This document shows positions 14,601 to 28,502 of a DNA stretch of 64,000 bases, one piece after another; the first letter of the stretch is position 1, and the number at the start of each line of letters is the position of its first letter. The translations under genes were made by a program, and so were the position numbers. The stretch comes from Trichoplax sp. H2 (Eukaryota). Under the pieces are notes generated by a model. The model was given only the letters and a program-made list of their open reading frames with translations. It had not been told where the DNA came from and ran no database searches. The stretch is from positions 372,001 through 436,000 of the forward strand of contig NOWV01000028.1 in the NCBI GenBank assembly GCA_003344405.1, in the 5' to 3' direction.

Positions 14601-15849
14601 TACTACAATTAACCAACAAGGCATTCAAGGGTTACAAAATATATCACAACACCAATCTATTAGTAAGATAGTTGTAGAAATGTACCACTGAATTATGTAA
14701 AATCGCAATTTTTACTTAACACAATAAACAATTCTTATGCCGCTAGTGCAACTCCATGGGACTCTTTTATTATATTAACGACGAGAACTGCTACTGACTG
14801 TGATAATGGAAATTTCAACACGTGCCCTAACTTAACTAATCTACCATTCATAATTAAATTTTTACGCTCATAGTTCAAAGAAAATATTACTACAAGTAGC
14901 CAGAAGACAAGCTACCGCATCTACCCGTTGACTAACATGCGAATACATGTTGAGTGTATGGCAGATCCATTCAACTCGAAATTAATGTTGGTGATCGAAA
15001 CTCAGTTGACGACAAATTCTAGCTATAATTATTATTTTCTTTATTGCGAATACAAATGGATGGATAAATCAACGGTTATAACAGCATTGAAGATATCAGA
15101 AATATCCTACACATTAAAACGAATAGTAAGTAGAATGTCTATATAAGATGACTGTAGTATAACATAACACAATATAAGAATAACATGATGGTGAGTGCTA
15201 CCGTGATCATAAACGCAAAAGATATAGAATATCAACCGGTCTAACAAAATACAACAGGCATTTTGATCGGATATAAGTACAAGTTAGGATAATACAATAT
15301 TTTGTAGTTATGCCAATGCCCTCCATGCTGTGTCGGGTCAACAGATGCTATGATGTGGACATGAATTGAGATATTGTAGAAGTATTTCTAGCTTCTACTG
15401 TGTAAGAATCTATCAAAGAAGCTGTGGTTTTGAAAGGAGAAATAAAACGTGCTACCAACAATTCTTCAATTCTAAAGTCGCATTCATCACTTCCAATTGC
15501 ATTAATAAATAGTTTCAATCTTAATTATAAAAATCCCATAACAATTAAGCAATATTGGCGGAATGATTTATGTTTAGCGATAATGCCGATGGAGTAGATC
15601 GACTATGTAATATTGAACGTTATATTAGTAATTGTTACAAGTTGAATAAGAAATTAAAATTACATATTGGTTTAGGTGAACTATGTAACCTTATTCAAAA
15701 ATAAAGAGACAAAATATTTTAAGGAGCTACATTTCGCTATGCTACGTCAGTCAATGACAATAGATGGTTATAAGTAAATGGGCTGATGGTTTTAAAGAGG
15801 AATAATTGAAGTTCCACTAAATTTGAAATTATGAATTAACTCATTTTCC

Positions 15850-18800
15850 TTATAAACTAACAGTAATGGTATCCTGATGCTTTATAGAATCCACATTATT
15901 TTTTTGTCCTATTTCAGTTTCGTGGTCGGATACTAATTTGCCATTGGTATAGCTAGTTTCTGTAGGTAGCGGACCGTTGCATAATAAATGCTTCCAACAT
16001 TGACGAGCCACACGATTAAAGAGGACGTAGAAGAAAAAGATAAATACACCTTGCAATGAAGATAATGTTGTAAAAATAACTGAGAAGACCATTTGTGTAG
16101 TTCCCGTAGTATGAATGGCCACAATTGAAAATAGCCATGGCAAACCCAATGTAAATATTAAACCGGCGGATGGAATAACAATGCGATATAGATGGAATTG
16201 ACGATCTTGATTGCTCATATTGATCAACTTAAATGTAATGATTACAAAAAAGATGCAATTAACACCCAAAAGACCCACCATAGGATAGACAAAAGTCGCA
16301 TCGGCCCAAACGCGCTTCATCCAACAACTATGGAAAATAAAAAAATAGGAAATAATATTAATTCTACATGTAGATAACCAATTTATTTGAACTAAGGTAA
16401 TGTAATCGAGATAATATGGAACTAAATAAGCATTAATCATTAAAAAGTCGTATCAATCGATAGAACTAATTTTTTCCTCGCCATTGCTAGAATAAAGAAT
16501 AGCAAATCTGTTGTAAAACTTACTATCCGGACGCATTGGATCCATAAATTGATCCTGACGTGTTATTAATTAAGCAAATAATAACCACAAGAGCCGGAAT
16601 ACCTGGAATGTGATACAATATTCATACTTAATATTAATTTTATTATATCACCATAGTTCAAGATAGCTATTCCATTATCGTCGATATGAGTGGGAGTCGA
16701 TTATGGAATATCATAAAGTTTACTATTCGCCTTAGTTAAAAGCTAATGCCTAGTCAAATTTTAATATCCATAGAACTAACCATAGCCACATGATGTACAT
16801 ATAATATTAGTGACGTAGGAATTCCACCATTTCTTGAACAAGATCAATTCGAAGCATAAGTACAGACCCACTAATAACATCAAGATGACAGCAGACATCA
16901 GAAAGAAGTGTAAAAATACGGCTACTGCGGTACAAGTTTTGGGATAAATGATTGCAGCTACTACAAAGAAATTGCCGAAATAGTAGATTGCCAAACTTGA
17001 ACATAAATAGATTAAGATCTGATAGCACTGATTTCTTCTCATTGGCCTAAAATACAAAAGTGGAATTGTAAGATAATATCATGCGAGGCAAAAAATAGCA
17101 GATTTTAGAACACTCAACATCACTCTATTCGATGATTACAGAAGGTAGTTATAATTATACGTGAAGATTGACGGAAAAATAGACTATTGATAGTATATCT
17201 AACTTACCTATTGCTAGAACATGCGTACTACTTTAGAAAAAGAATTTAAAATAATAAATCTAATTCATTCATAAAGAAAATATCCATCCTTTCACTTTAC
17301 AACTAAGAACTACTTCAAGTTGAAATTACTAAAGGTAAAATTCATGCGATAATATTCTTTCTTAACTGATACAAAGAAACTATAACGGCTGAATTGTTAT
17401 TATAAATAAGAATTGAAATTAGGTAGGAATGCTATATAATACAGACTATCTTACTTGAAGAATGCTATGGTAAATATGGTTATTATTAGGCAACCCAAAG
17501 ATAAACCACCGCCAATACTGGATACATAGCGCATTGCTACTCTTACTTGTTCAGCAGAAGCTCCACTGTCTGGACTGTTAGTATAAATGCTTGTGCTATT
17601 ACTATTGTTAAGATTAGGTTCTCGAGTAACAGGAGGCACAGTTTGTGGTGCAATAATAACTTCCTAGCGAATTACAAAGTTATCAACAGCTTATTAAAAT
17701 ATCGTCGGCATAGCTATCAATTGCAAGCTCAACAGATACTTCTATCCATCGTATGCTATTAATTCAACACTTTTATAATACTATAATTAAGAATAATATC
17801 TATCATGACTTGCATCGTATAAATTTCAATTTCAAATAATTACATACCAATTCCAATTTTAATTGACATTTAGCCACATAAAGCATGAGAGGACCCATAA
17901 AACCTTTACTCATTGATGCATTCCAGTATTCAGCTATGGCAATTCGCTTAAATCCATTGACATAAGCTGAAAAGCTGAGAATAGATGAAACTTGAGTAAC
18001 GGACCTATTGAAACGTGATACCAGTTACAATGTAAAGAAAAAATAACATGATTAGCAAAATAATTTAAATCTGATATGATAAAAATATTAAAATACTCTA
18101 AGGCCTTCATATCGCATCAATATATACTATTCACTGTAGTCAGTATTATTAAACTGCCATTGAGTACACTGCTAAAGGCACCTATTTCATCTAATATACA
18201 CGTAATCACACATTGATCTTATACGAGATTATAAGCATGACTATATGTGTAATAAAAAATAGAATGATATCAAAAGAATGGATATAGTCGCGAACATATA
18301 GTTCTGTATCTAAGACAGATATTAAGGAGATGAACTATTCTAATATAAATGAATGGCTGCAAGAGCTGCATTTAATGTAGTGTATTAAGAACGATCTAAT
18401 TCAACAATTTATATTGATTATACGGTAAATTACATTCAAAAATTGGATTTCGTGATATTTACGTGCAATTTTGGGTCGTTCCATTTTCAAATTCATTGGG
18501 AATATTAATGCAATAGCTTGTAGGTCTAGAAATGGAAAAATACAATTTACCAAAATTATCTCAAATCATCCGTTAGCTTTATCCAATATATCATAATTCT
18601 TATGGATCCGGTATAAATACAGCACAGAAATTAAAAGTAATGCAGAAAATGTTAAATATAAATTCGTGTTTTTGATATTTATCACTATACCGTGCTCTGC
18701 CAATTCGAGAAACCGTATAATTTCCTGTCAATCCTAAATATAGGGTTTCGACCTATTTTATGGTTTAAAAAATAGACATAGGTGCATTAATCATCGATAC

Positions 18801-19440
18801 TACTCTTTCTTTGCGATATTAACCTTCAATTTTAGACTATCAGTAATTTATTAGTATTCGGTAATCTCCATAGATAAAAGTATCGAAAACATTACAAAAC
18901 TTAGTTTAAATCATTCATTACGCCAAGTTTCATATCATTAAAATGTAAATTCGAAAATTGTTAATATAAATCCATATTACGCTATATTTTAATCATAAGC
19001 TGACGCTCTATAGCCACTGCAATTTAATATTACGCACAGTATAAATAATTATCAAGAATCATAATTTCTTGTCCACTTCATTTTAATTATTTATAAATTT
19101 TGGTAAATCACAGTAGCTGCACACAGTACTATGTGATTAGTGGAGTAAAACTCTTGACTATCAGTAGAAGTTGGTATCTTGCCGAGTAATAATAGCTAAT
19201 GAAAACCTTCAAACAATTTGATCTTCGTTATATGTAAAAATGGCTCGATTGGACTACTGCGATTTAAAATAGGATACTTACAGAATATTTTATTTCGTTG
19301 GCTAATGCCTTATAGGTCGGGCCACTTCTGTCAGTATAAGAAGACAGAAAGGGACGATTTTTCATCGCCAGAGTGAAAATGGAATTGCCCTTTTTGATTT
19401 CTTCAGTTTCTGCCCAAGCGCTAGCAACAACTAAAATCAT
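15850..19440 (-). CDS. Adhesion/secretin-class 7TM GPCR with an N-terminal SEA-like domain; start codon uncertain
   Basis: Phase-compatible exons ~19282-19440, ~18691-18752, ~18463-18526, ~17848-18004, ~17455-17663, ~16780-17047, ~16524-16602, 15850-16328. SEA-like FTLAMKNRPFLSSYTDRSGPTYKALANEIK; TM1 YVSSIGGGLSLGCLIITIF; CTAVAVFLHFF; GYGIPALVV; YCWM; LGLPWLF; TTLSSLQGVFIFFFYVLFN (family B2 signature). Confidence 0.8.
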
Positions 19441-21789
19441 AGCAATTATAAAACAATCCAAACAGATAAGTAAATTACATCATCCAAGATCACATAGAAG
19501 TTATTATTATACAGTAATATTTATTAATGAGATATGCAATATTACATTGCCTTATAAGCTAGACAATTTATCATAAAACTTAGCATTAATTTACCCGGCA
19601 TTAAACAAGATTACGTATATTAATTTTCTAATTTAACATTTATCTCTTTCATTTCTTTAAAATTAAAGAATTTAGCTTTAACATACTGCAGAAAAAGACC
19701 AAAATTCCTTTTGCTAGTATAGCTTTCATATTTGAAATTTCGCTTTTCAAGTTATTCTAAAGAAATAAGCCACAAAGAAACGTTACATTGGATAGAAAAT
19801 CATGTGCCAATTATTTCATAACTCTATAATAGCATAAACATTAAGATTAAACCCTAGGCTTAAACCATCATAAGAAAATCAAGAAATAATTTTCGAAGTA
19901 AACGAAAACTATATTTAAGTTTATGGTATGTGGAGTTTTGCACCTAAGATAATTAATTATATAATGTAGTTGAATACCGTCCTAAATGTCAATTCATTCT
20001 AGGGTTGTATCAAAATTTCAATGGTATAGGTAAGTATAAGCAACGAAAAGTTAATTAATTAATATTGTTTATCATGCTTTTGTCGCAATTAAAATAAGGT
20101 AGATAGTCTAGCAGACATTAGCATTCATCTTATTTTAGCATCTATTATTAAGCTAACCCTGGTCAAATAATTTCACTTGCAATGCGGACTACAATAAATT
20201 TAAATTTATTACAAAATGAGTAATGGGACGCTAAAGACCTTATACCGCTCTAGCAAATTAAGTTATTAAAATTGATTGATATAAAGTCACGCAAGTGATT
20301 ATTTCTAACGCTAGATTAGCGAATTAACTCTAGAAATAACTAATGTTGTTAGAGATTCATCATTCGCTACCTTGATAATATCATTTTATTTTCAATTACT
20401 AAGTTCTTTAATTATCATCTAGTATCATCTGATAAGATATATCTAAGATGAATAAAAAAATTGGTCTGATTCCATCTCGCTCTATCTTAACAATCGACTC
20501 AGTACGAATGTCGTATTATAATGTCAACAGTTTAGCAAAAAATCGATAAATAATAAAGATGGCACTTGAACAAATAAAAGAGTCTATAAAAACGATGGTA
20601 TGACCAAAAATGCGCAAATAAATACGAAAATACCAAACCCGCCTCGAAAACTGGTCGTATTACGATACAAAATATATCAATATATATTAAATTGAACCTA
20701 TGGCCTGAAGAAATAGGAGCGTTACTATAGGGCATGAATGCACTAGGCCAGAGGCTTCGAAGAGGAATTTTATCTTATAATTGCCTGATTAGGCAATCAT
20801 GAATAGACTTCATGTTTAACAATGAGGGAAGGGAATTAAAAAAAGTAAAAAAATACATGGTCAATTGCATTGTGCTGTTGCCAGACTTACAACAGATGTT
20901 GAATTAGTTGAGGAGGATGAAAAATAGCAGGTAAACTAATATCAAATTAGATGGCTAGCGTTGCAGAGTAAGACTGTCCAGTTAAGGTCAAATGTTCAAG
21001 AGATGGTAAAATTCTGAATGGATCTCTAAACTATCCTCTTACTGACTCGAAAATACCGTTATTAGCGCCTCTTAGCAAAGCTAATAGCACTACTCAAATA
21101 CGTAAATAACTTTCTTACGCGTAGTTTGTCTAAATAAGTATAAAAGCAGTTAAGAATGTTTACCGTAAGAAAAATACATTAAATCGGTAGCAGTTATTTC
21201 TCTCCAGCTGTTCTATTGATGTTTATTGATTATTTTGATGTCAATGAGCTGTAAAATCCTGACTAGAAAAATTTGATTCCCATACAGTGCTAATTTAATA
21301 GAATAAAATAGGGTAATAGTAAAAGACATCAGATACTAACTAGCTATCACCAATGAAGAAAAATAGAATGGGACTGATGACTAAGTCATTCAAAATTTGA
21401 AATAGCTATCGTCATCATGATATCCTGCTGAAGCAATAAAAATCTATGAGACAATATTAAAAGGACCTACTCTAGAGTTTGAAGTATCAACAAACTATGC
21501 AAATGGAATAAATTATCTACTCTATCAGTTAACAACAATAAAAATAGTCATTCTCTTATATGGATTATAATAAAGAATTGGCCATATTGCCAGGCAGATC
21601 AGTTGGTTGTCTAGACATTGTGATGCAAAGTAGCTATTAATACTATTATCGTTGATGGCTTTACTTTTATATTATCATAACACAGTCATAAATATTGCAA
21701 ACTATTGTCAACTTAGATAGAATAATAGATTGGATCCATTGGCAACCATGATGAACTACAGTCTATCAGCTTAAAATACTGTTCATCCC

Positions 21790-24700
21790 CAATAAATTTC
21801 CAAGGCTAGAAAATATTAATCTCGATTACACAAAGTTAAATAACGTAAAAATAAAATTTTGCATACAAATCTACGTAATAGTTCAATGTAGTAGGAGTTT
21901 ATTTTTATAGTCTCCTATATTTAAAATTAAGCTATCACTAAAGGCGCGTTCGTGATCAATCTCTTATCGAATTAAGTAAATGATTAGATGTTAATATGTT
22001 AACACTAAATAATCGAAGAATTAATATTTTCATGTCGATCGCACTGCTAGCCTATAATATCTCATCAGACTATGCAATGACATTATAACTCAATACATGC
22101 TACGAAATACTAGAAAACTCAACACAAGTTATAAGTTAACCGCATAAAATGTAGCTGCAATGCTATTTGATTGATATTTCTACTTAGTAATTAAGGGAGA
22201 GTATCATCTTTGCCCTTGCTATCATGACACTGTAAACGTCTGAGATCAAATCAATATGCTACATCATTAATCCATCCAATTTGATGTTAATTAAATGCAT
22301 TAAAAGTTTGCTTTGAACATATCTCGTAATAAACCGGCTAGGTAATACAATAGGAGATAGGAGAGCAAGGCACTTCTGCTATAGGCAGATGGAATTGCAA
22401 AGGGATCAGCTAAAGAAGAAAGGCAATTAGCTTTTAGCAGTAATTGCTAGTTATGATGTCACATTTTGTGCATTATTTTATATTAAGATGAGTTCAAGGT
22501 GGAGCTCGCTAATTGGAATTATCTAAAGGAAATAATTAATACTTATAATAGAACAGTTACTTAGAAATTTCATCTACCATATGAAGTAATTATTATTTCT
22601 TTTTTCGTTACGGTCAATCATCAATGGACCAAAATGAATTGAACAGTGTCGATTATATGTCATTAATATTATGGAATAGATGCTATAAGCTGGTTAGTCA
22701 GTCTTACTAGAATATTTTTTGACTACTTTTAATGGATATACTTCGATATCCAGCCGTGAACATATTTGACATGGCATCAATAGTCACGGCTACCTGTTGA
22801 TTCGATCACGCAATTCGACGGTCTTTAACACCGATTTCATGCAGTACCATAAATAAAAGTATCTACTACTGCAGCTCGCCTTATTCCACTGCTCTTTACT
22901 TGCTATTATATCACGTGAATTATAATTGCTAGGCGATAGAACTGTACATAATAAATCTTATGCAAAAAAGATTAGCAAGTATCATTATAATCCTGAATAT
23001 ACAATATTATTCAACTCCAATGTGTATCTTTCGTCTTTTGAAGATGCTATTCTCGATTATAACTCTTAGTTCACCTATGAGATGCTAAGTATTCATTTAG
23101 TTACAGCTTTTTTTATAAATGGCAGAGATATGAAACGTTATCTATGTGACGTAGATTTCTGTTTTATTTTAAATAATTCCTATAGAAAATTGATCTATTT
23201 CACTTTCTGACGGTTGCAATAATGTTACTAAAAGCAATGGTAATTTTATTTCCGAAGGATAGGATAAAATTAGCTAAAACGATCTAAGAGTCCGTAATCT
23301 GTAAATTTTTATAATGCAAATGACGGGCGATTATCATGTTGATCGTTTTTGTAAATAATTTAATACAGAAGTTTATTTCACAAATCAACTTGATGATTAC
23401 CTGTTGCACTTGTAATTAACGATGTCTTTAAATACGATAACGTTTCTAAAATTGGTCAAAGATTCAGTTCAAGCTCGATACAAACCCTAATTCAATTGTA
23501 GAAAAGAAATACCTTTAAGTTCATGTAGTAGCGACATTAAAAATTGAATAGACTAAAAAATTTATGGGTGTGAGGAAGTCGACATTTCAATATCATTAGC
23601 ATTAATTAAGAGCGGTAGACTAGTTACTTGTTGAAATAATGGATGCAGTATGCCAATAGGGATATCAACGTTCTTCACAATAAATCACTTCCGAGATAGG
23701 TCTCAAAATGCGGCAGTGGATAGAATTATGAAGGTAGAAAATTAATTCCAAGGTATCTAGTTAGGGAGTATCGTTGGATAATATCAATCGAAAGATAATA
23801 AACCAGTTGCAAGAGAGCGGGTTAATGGTGCAGTATTATGATTTATTTGTACTTTATAGCCTTGTTTCAACTTGAACATTGGATTATTTTTCCAACAATT
23901 AATTTCAATGTTATGATCCCTCATAATCAAGGACATAAATTCACGTCATTGGCAATAAAAGCAGGCATTGTTTATGTTGTCAGGTATGCAATATCAATAA
24001 AATATGCATATAAATAATGACTTAAAAGTTGTTATCATAATATCGTTTAATGTGTACTATTCAAACCGACATTATTGAATCAATCCATTCTATTTCAAAA
24101 GAAAACAAATAGCTTATAATACAAGGTCGTTTACACTTATGTCATCAATATTTTCATCAACCTTCAAGCATGTTATGATGATTTATTTTGATCCAGTTGA
24201 TTTGATATTGTTATTTTATGGCCGTTACTCGCTGGTACCATTCCATGATGACATTAAAAAGTAAGTATCAACATGTCGTAGAAGAAGTAAAAAACTGGTC
24301 ATCACCTACTCGATATCATAGATAAATGGGACTAATCGAATCGATAAGATAGATTCAATTAATTCTTGAACTTCCTTTTTTCCTTACTCGTATCTTTTCT
24401 ATCCTTACTTTATTCAATTTTAATGCACAGATTTTATTTTAATTTTTATGAGTTACTTTTCTGTTTCTAATTTTATTCCTCGGATATAGATTGAAAAGGA
24501 AATGACCCTGATAGAAAGAGCAGGCATGATGACTAAAAATTTCCATCAAGTCCTTATTATCCAATTCTCTCTCTCTCTCTCTCTGCAGGCAACTCGTGAT
24601 TCTCTTTCATGGCCCAGTTATAACAGTTTTGATAGCACTATGCTGTTTTCTACCAACTACATTGTAATCTAGCAGTAAAATTGAAAAAATGATACAAAAC

Positions 24701-27000
24701 AATAAAAATCCAATAGATATTCCTTTATTTTAAATCGGCAGGCTATCCTTCTATCGTCAGCATCTTAATTGACATTCGCTATTGACTTTACCATTCCACG
24801 CAATTGACTAGCACATAGAAAATCGACGGCATGGGCTAGACCACTTACTGTATAATTAATAATAGGCAAAATAGGTTTAATTGCCTTCTTATGGATCATG
24901 GCGGGTTAGAATCACGTGTATACATTAAGATACGTCATTTTAAATAGGATCCAATTAATAAAGAAAGAGGAATAAAAGGTTATGCTATTGTTAAGATGAA
25001 TTGGATTTTAGGTCAACAGGCTTCATTGGGGAAGTTAGATGCTAGATCCTGATTCAATATTTATCCCAAGATATGATCGGATTTCAATTCTTTGATGGTT
25101 GAGATTTGTATGTTATATACGAATCTGAGTTCTAACATTTATCTATACACGTATAAATGAAAAAAAATAGTGGATAAGTGGAACTGTGTTGTTTTAGATA
25201 GGTCTACTCTACATGCAATAAGCCAGAGTACAAACCACCAGCTTCGATAAAACATCAAATCAAGATGATGTATATCCATTATGGATAGACTCTTTTGAAT
25301 AGCGTTCATATCTAGTAAAAGGATTCAATGTAGAAATTCGACGCTAGATGCATATTTATTCCAAGATATAATTCGATTTAAATGATTCTATAGCTATGGC
25401 TTAAATGCTTTATACAAGCCTAAATTTAACTGATGAGTAAAAAAGGATCAATGGATGAGACTGTTTTCTTTCGCAAAGACCCAAACTTGATCACAAAATA
25501 GAAGTAGAAGGCAATCATTCTGGTTAAATTATTACAACAAGATTGCGTTTCCATCATACGTGTATTCTTGTGCGAATAAGTACTGATCCTAAGTTGATCA
25601 TTATCAATTCTATTTTATTTTTGCTTTGCTAACACTCGATATTAAACCTTTTACTTGTTAAAAAGGATAAGATTACTTCATTAGAGATGAGCATGGATCT
25701 AAGTACGTTACGATCGCTTCAGTTGCAGTATCATCGTCTACTGCAGAATAGAACTTTTACTTATTATACATGGATAAGATTACTTCATTAGATGTGGAAG
25801 TAAATTTGCATGTAACTTTGCCATTTTCATAGCAATACTTATTTTACAGTAGTTTAAATCTATTTTATGACTTTATGCAAGAAACTGAGTACCTCTACTC
25901 GTAAAACTCAGTACACTTGCTCTGCAATGGATGCTATTCATCCCGAACATGATTAAATCAGCTTTAACGAAAAAGAATACTTATTCTACTTCGCTTTTAG
26001 AACTACAATCTAATATCCAATTGATCTGATCATTTTATAAAGTGTGATTACGTCCGTTATTAATAGTGCAGTAATCAAAACTTTTCATCAAATACAATTT
26101 ATTCATATCAAGCCATAGCTTACTATACAGTTCTTTGTTTTATCTTGGGAAATACTGATAGTTACCAGCATTGCGGTACAGGTGGGTCTATTTTCTTAAA
26201 ATTGATCATCATTTTTTTTATTACGGATTAAGTTAACGGTTACATCATAATCAGAAGATTTTTTCGAAATTAATTGTTCGATTGTGGCTTTAATTTAAAG
26301 CCAGTAAGATTTAGAAGAGAAAGGATAAACATATTGACATATATGTCATATGCTTTACAAGATTCTTTTCCAGTTCCATGTCAATCATACAAAATAGAAT
26401 ACTGTGCAAATTTTTGGGTGGTTTATTCCTGCTTGCAAGCTCATATTAAAGTCAGAGTTCGTCTTAGACTGAAGGATGATATATCATGCGATGATGCAAA
26501 TGGTTTATTGGTATGACTAACGTAGTACCAAATGTTTGAAGAAAAAATTGAAATGCACTTATAAGGGGAGGAGTTGAATATATTAGTCTTATTTTCCTTA
26601 TCACAAGCAGAAGTAACTTAGATCATAGGATAAGAAAAATGATGTTCTAATTTGCATGATATTAGATATTTATAATAAGTAAAACCTAATAATTATCCTA
26701 GGTACAGCTAACGATATCTTTCACAACAGTAATAAAACAACATTACTGAAAGTAACTTTGGGAATTAATTAATGCATAGCATAATTCGATTTGATAGGGT
26801 ACCAATAGCATAGTATTGACGCTGGTCATTATTGTTGTTTCTTTTTTAGGGAATAATTTGTTTACTGTCTCAGATCATACAATAATGTATCGCTGTATAT
26901 TGTAAGAATAATATTTTGATTCTTCAAAACGATTGCCCATAACCTAAAAGGATCTTTCTAATAGCGTTGGTATGATTGAGCAACAGAAGCGATCATTTTC
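21790..27000 (+). pseudogene. Probable heavily decayed leucine-rich-repeat gene (RI/NLR- or FBXL-type LRRs)
   Basis: Scattered same-strand LRR-like fragments broken by stops and frameshifts: FPRLENINLDYTKLN (21797), SLLYLKLSYH*RRVRDQSLIELSK (21909), LGNTIGDRRARHF (22338), ELDFRSTGFIGEVRC*ILIQYL (24998). Recognised by eye only. Confidence 0.35.
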
Positions 27001-27138
27001 CTCTTTTTCAGTTAAACTATTAAAGTCGTAGTAGTAACTGTATCTTAGTGGTAGTATTACTTACTACTCTACAGAAGCTGTAATGAATATCATGATATAT
27101 CTGTTACAAATCATCACACATGAATAATTGTAATACTC

Positions 27139-27212
27139 GTATATATGTTACGGTAAAAGTGAGCATTAGGCGCGCATTCGCCTAGTGCTCGCTTTTACCG
27201 TAACATATATAC
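27139..27212. repeat. Inverted repeat with 34-bp arms and a 6-nt loop
   Basis: GTATATATGTTACGGTAAAAGTGAGCATTAGGCG-cgcatt-CGCCTAGTGCTCGCTTTTACCGTAACATATATAC; 32/34 Watson-Crick pairs plus 2 T-G pairs. Confidence 0.92.
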
Positions 27213-28502
27213 TGATTGAAAATAGAGATGAAATTCAGGATAATGATTTCTTCTTCTTTTAAGCCAATTAGAAGCGTATCTTAGGTATTTATTTACCAAT
27301 AATAATTGGATTGTACAATTAGTACCTTAGTACTATCTATTCCTAAGAATGCCCTAAATATCAAAAGATTTTATTAAATTCAACGTATTATTCAGCAATG
27401 TTTTTCAATCTTGATCATTTATAAATAAACATTTCTAGAAAAAAATAAACAATGATTATACAGCCTCAGGCAAACTTTATCATCTATTCTTTAAAATTGT
27501 ATGATCTACAACCTACGCAAATAGTGCATCGTTATTTAGATAAAAAAATAGCATGTTCTCCATTCTGTTCTATTTGACATATACGTACACCAGATTGCAC
27601 TTCTAACAAACTTGACCTTAACGAAGAGGAGCTAGTCCCATTAATAATGTTAAGGCTAGCAATTTGTTGCAATGATGAACTAATTGCTAATTGGTTATTT
27701 AGCAATGGGGCTGCCTTAGGCTAAGGTGGATAGATAATCATTGATTCATTTACTAGTATGAGATTCTATATATTTTAATTTGTTGATGGAGATGGGGTCT
27801 TGCATTGCACGGATATAAAGCAATTTGGTAATGGGGACCGCATTAATTAGTTATCCGCGGTCTGCTGTATTGAAATTATGACTGTACTTGCTAAAGGTCT
27901 CTTTAATTAATGCATTAAAGAGTTGATGTACTGAAAGAACTTTCGTAGAAGCACCTATGCTGTAGATTACTATGGCTAGATAAACTCGAGAAATACATAA
28001 AGATTCATCGATATAAATCATGAATAGACCGCTATGGATATTCATGAATGGAAATAGCATTAATCATGCTCATGTTTTGCTTCAAAAACTTCCTGATATG
28101 CTTAATGACTGTTTCTTAATTATTAATAAGTAACGGTGGCTTTAAAGTCAATCCATCAAATTACACTATAAAATAAAGAACTCTAGTGGGTTAGATGATA
28201 TTCAGCTACTATAAAAATTATAAGCCAAGCCTAGAATAGGATAACTTGTACACGAGAATTAATTCACTTTATTAGTCAAGTACGCTTTGAGTACTTTTCA
28301 GACTTTTGGCTTATATATTGTAAATAAGGCTAAAGGAAATACTGCTAAAGAACAATAATTAAATGCAATATCAAATTAAAATCTGTTGAATTTTCTTAAT
28401 CGAGGAATTAAGTCCTATAAATGTTTTGAGTACAATTAATAAGTATGGAAAAATGGAAGCCTTACGTTAAAACAGCAAATATATCACGGTGAAACGTGTA
28501 TC

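Noticed and set aside
18128..18171. Candidate GPCR micro-exon encoding SVLNGSLII (SEA cleavage-like motif)
   Set aside because: Its exit phase is incompatible with the next exon, and the flanking exons join correctly without it.
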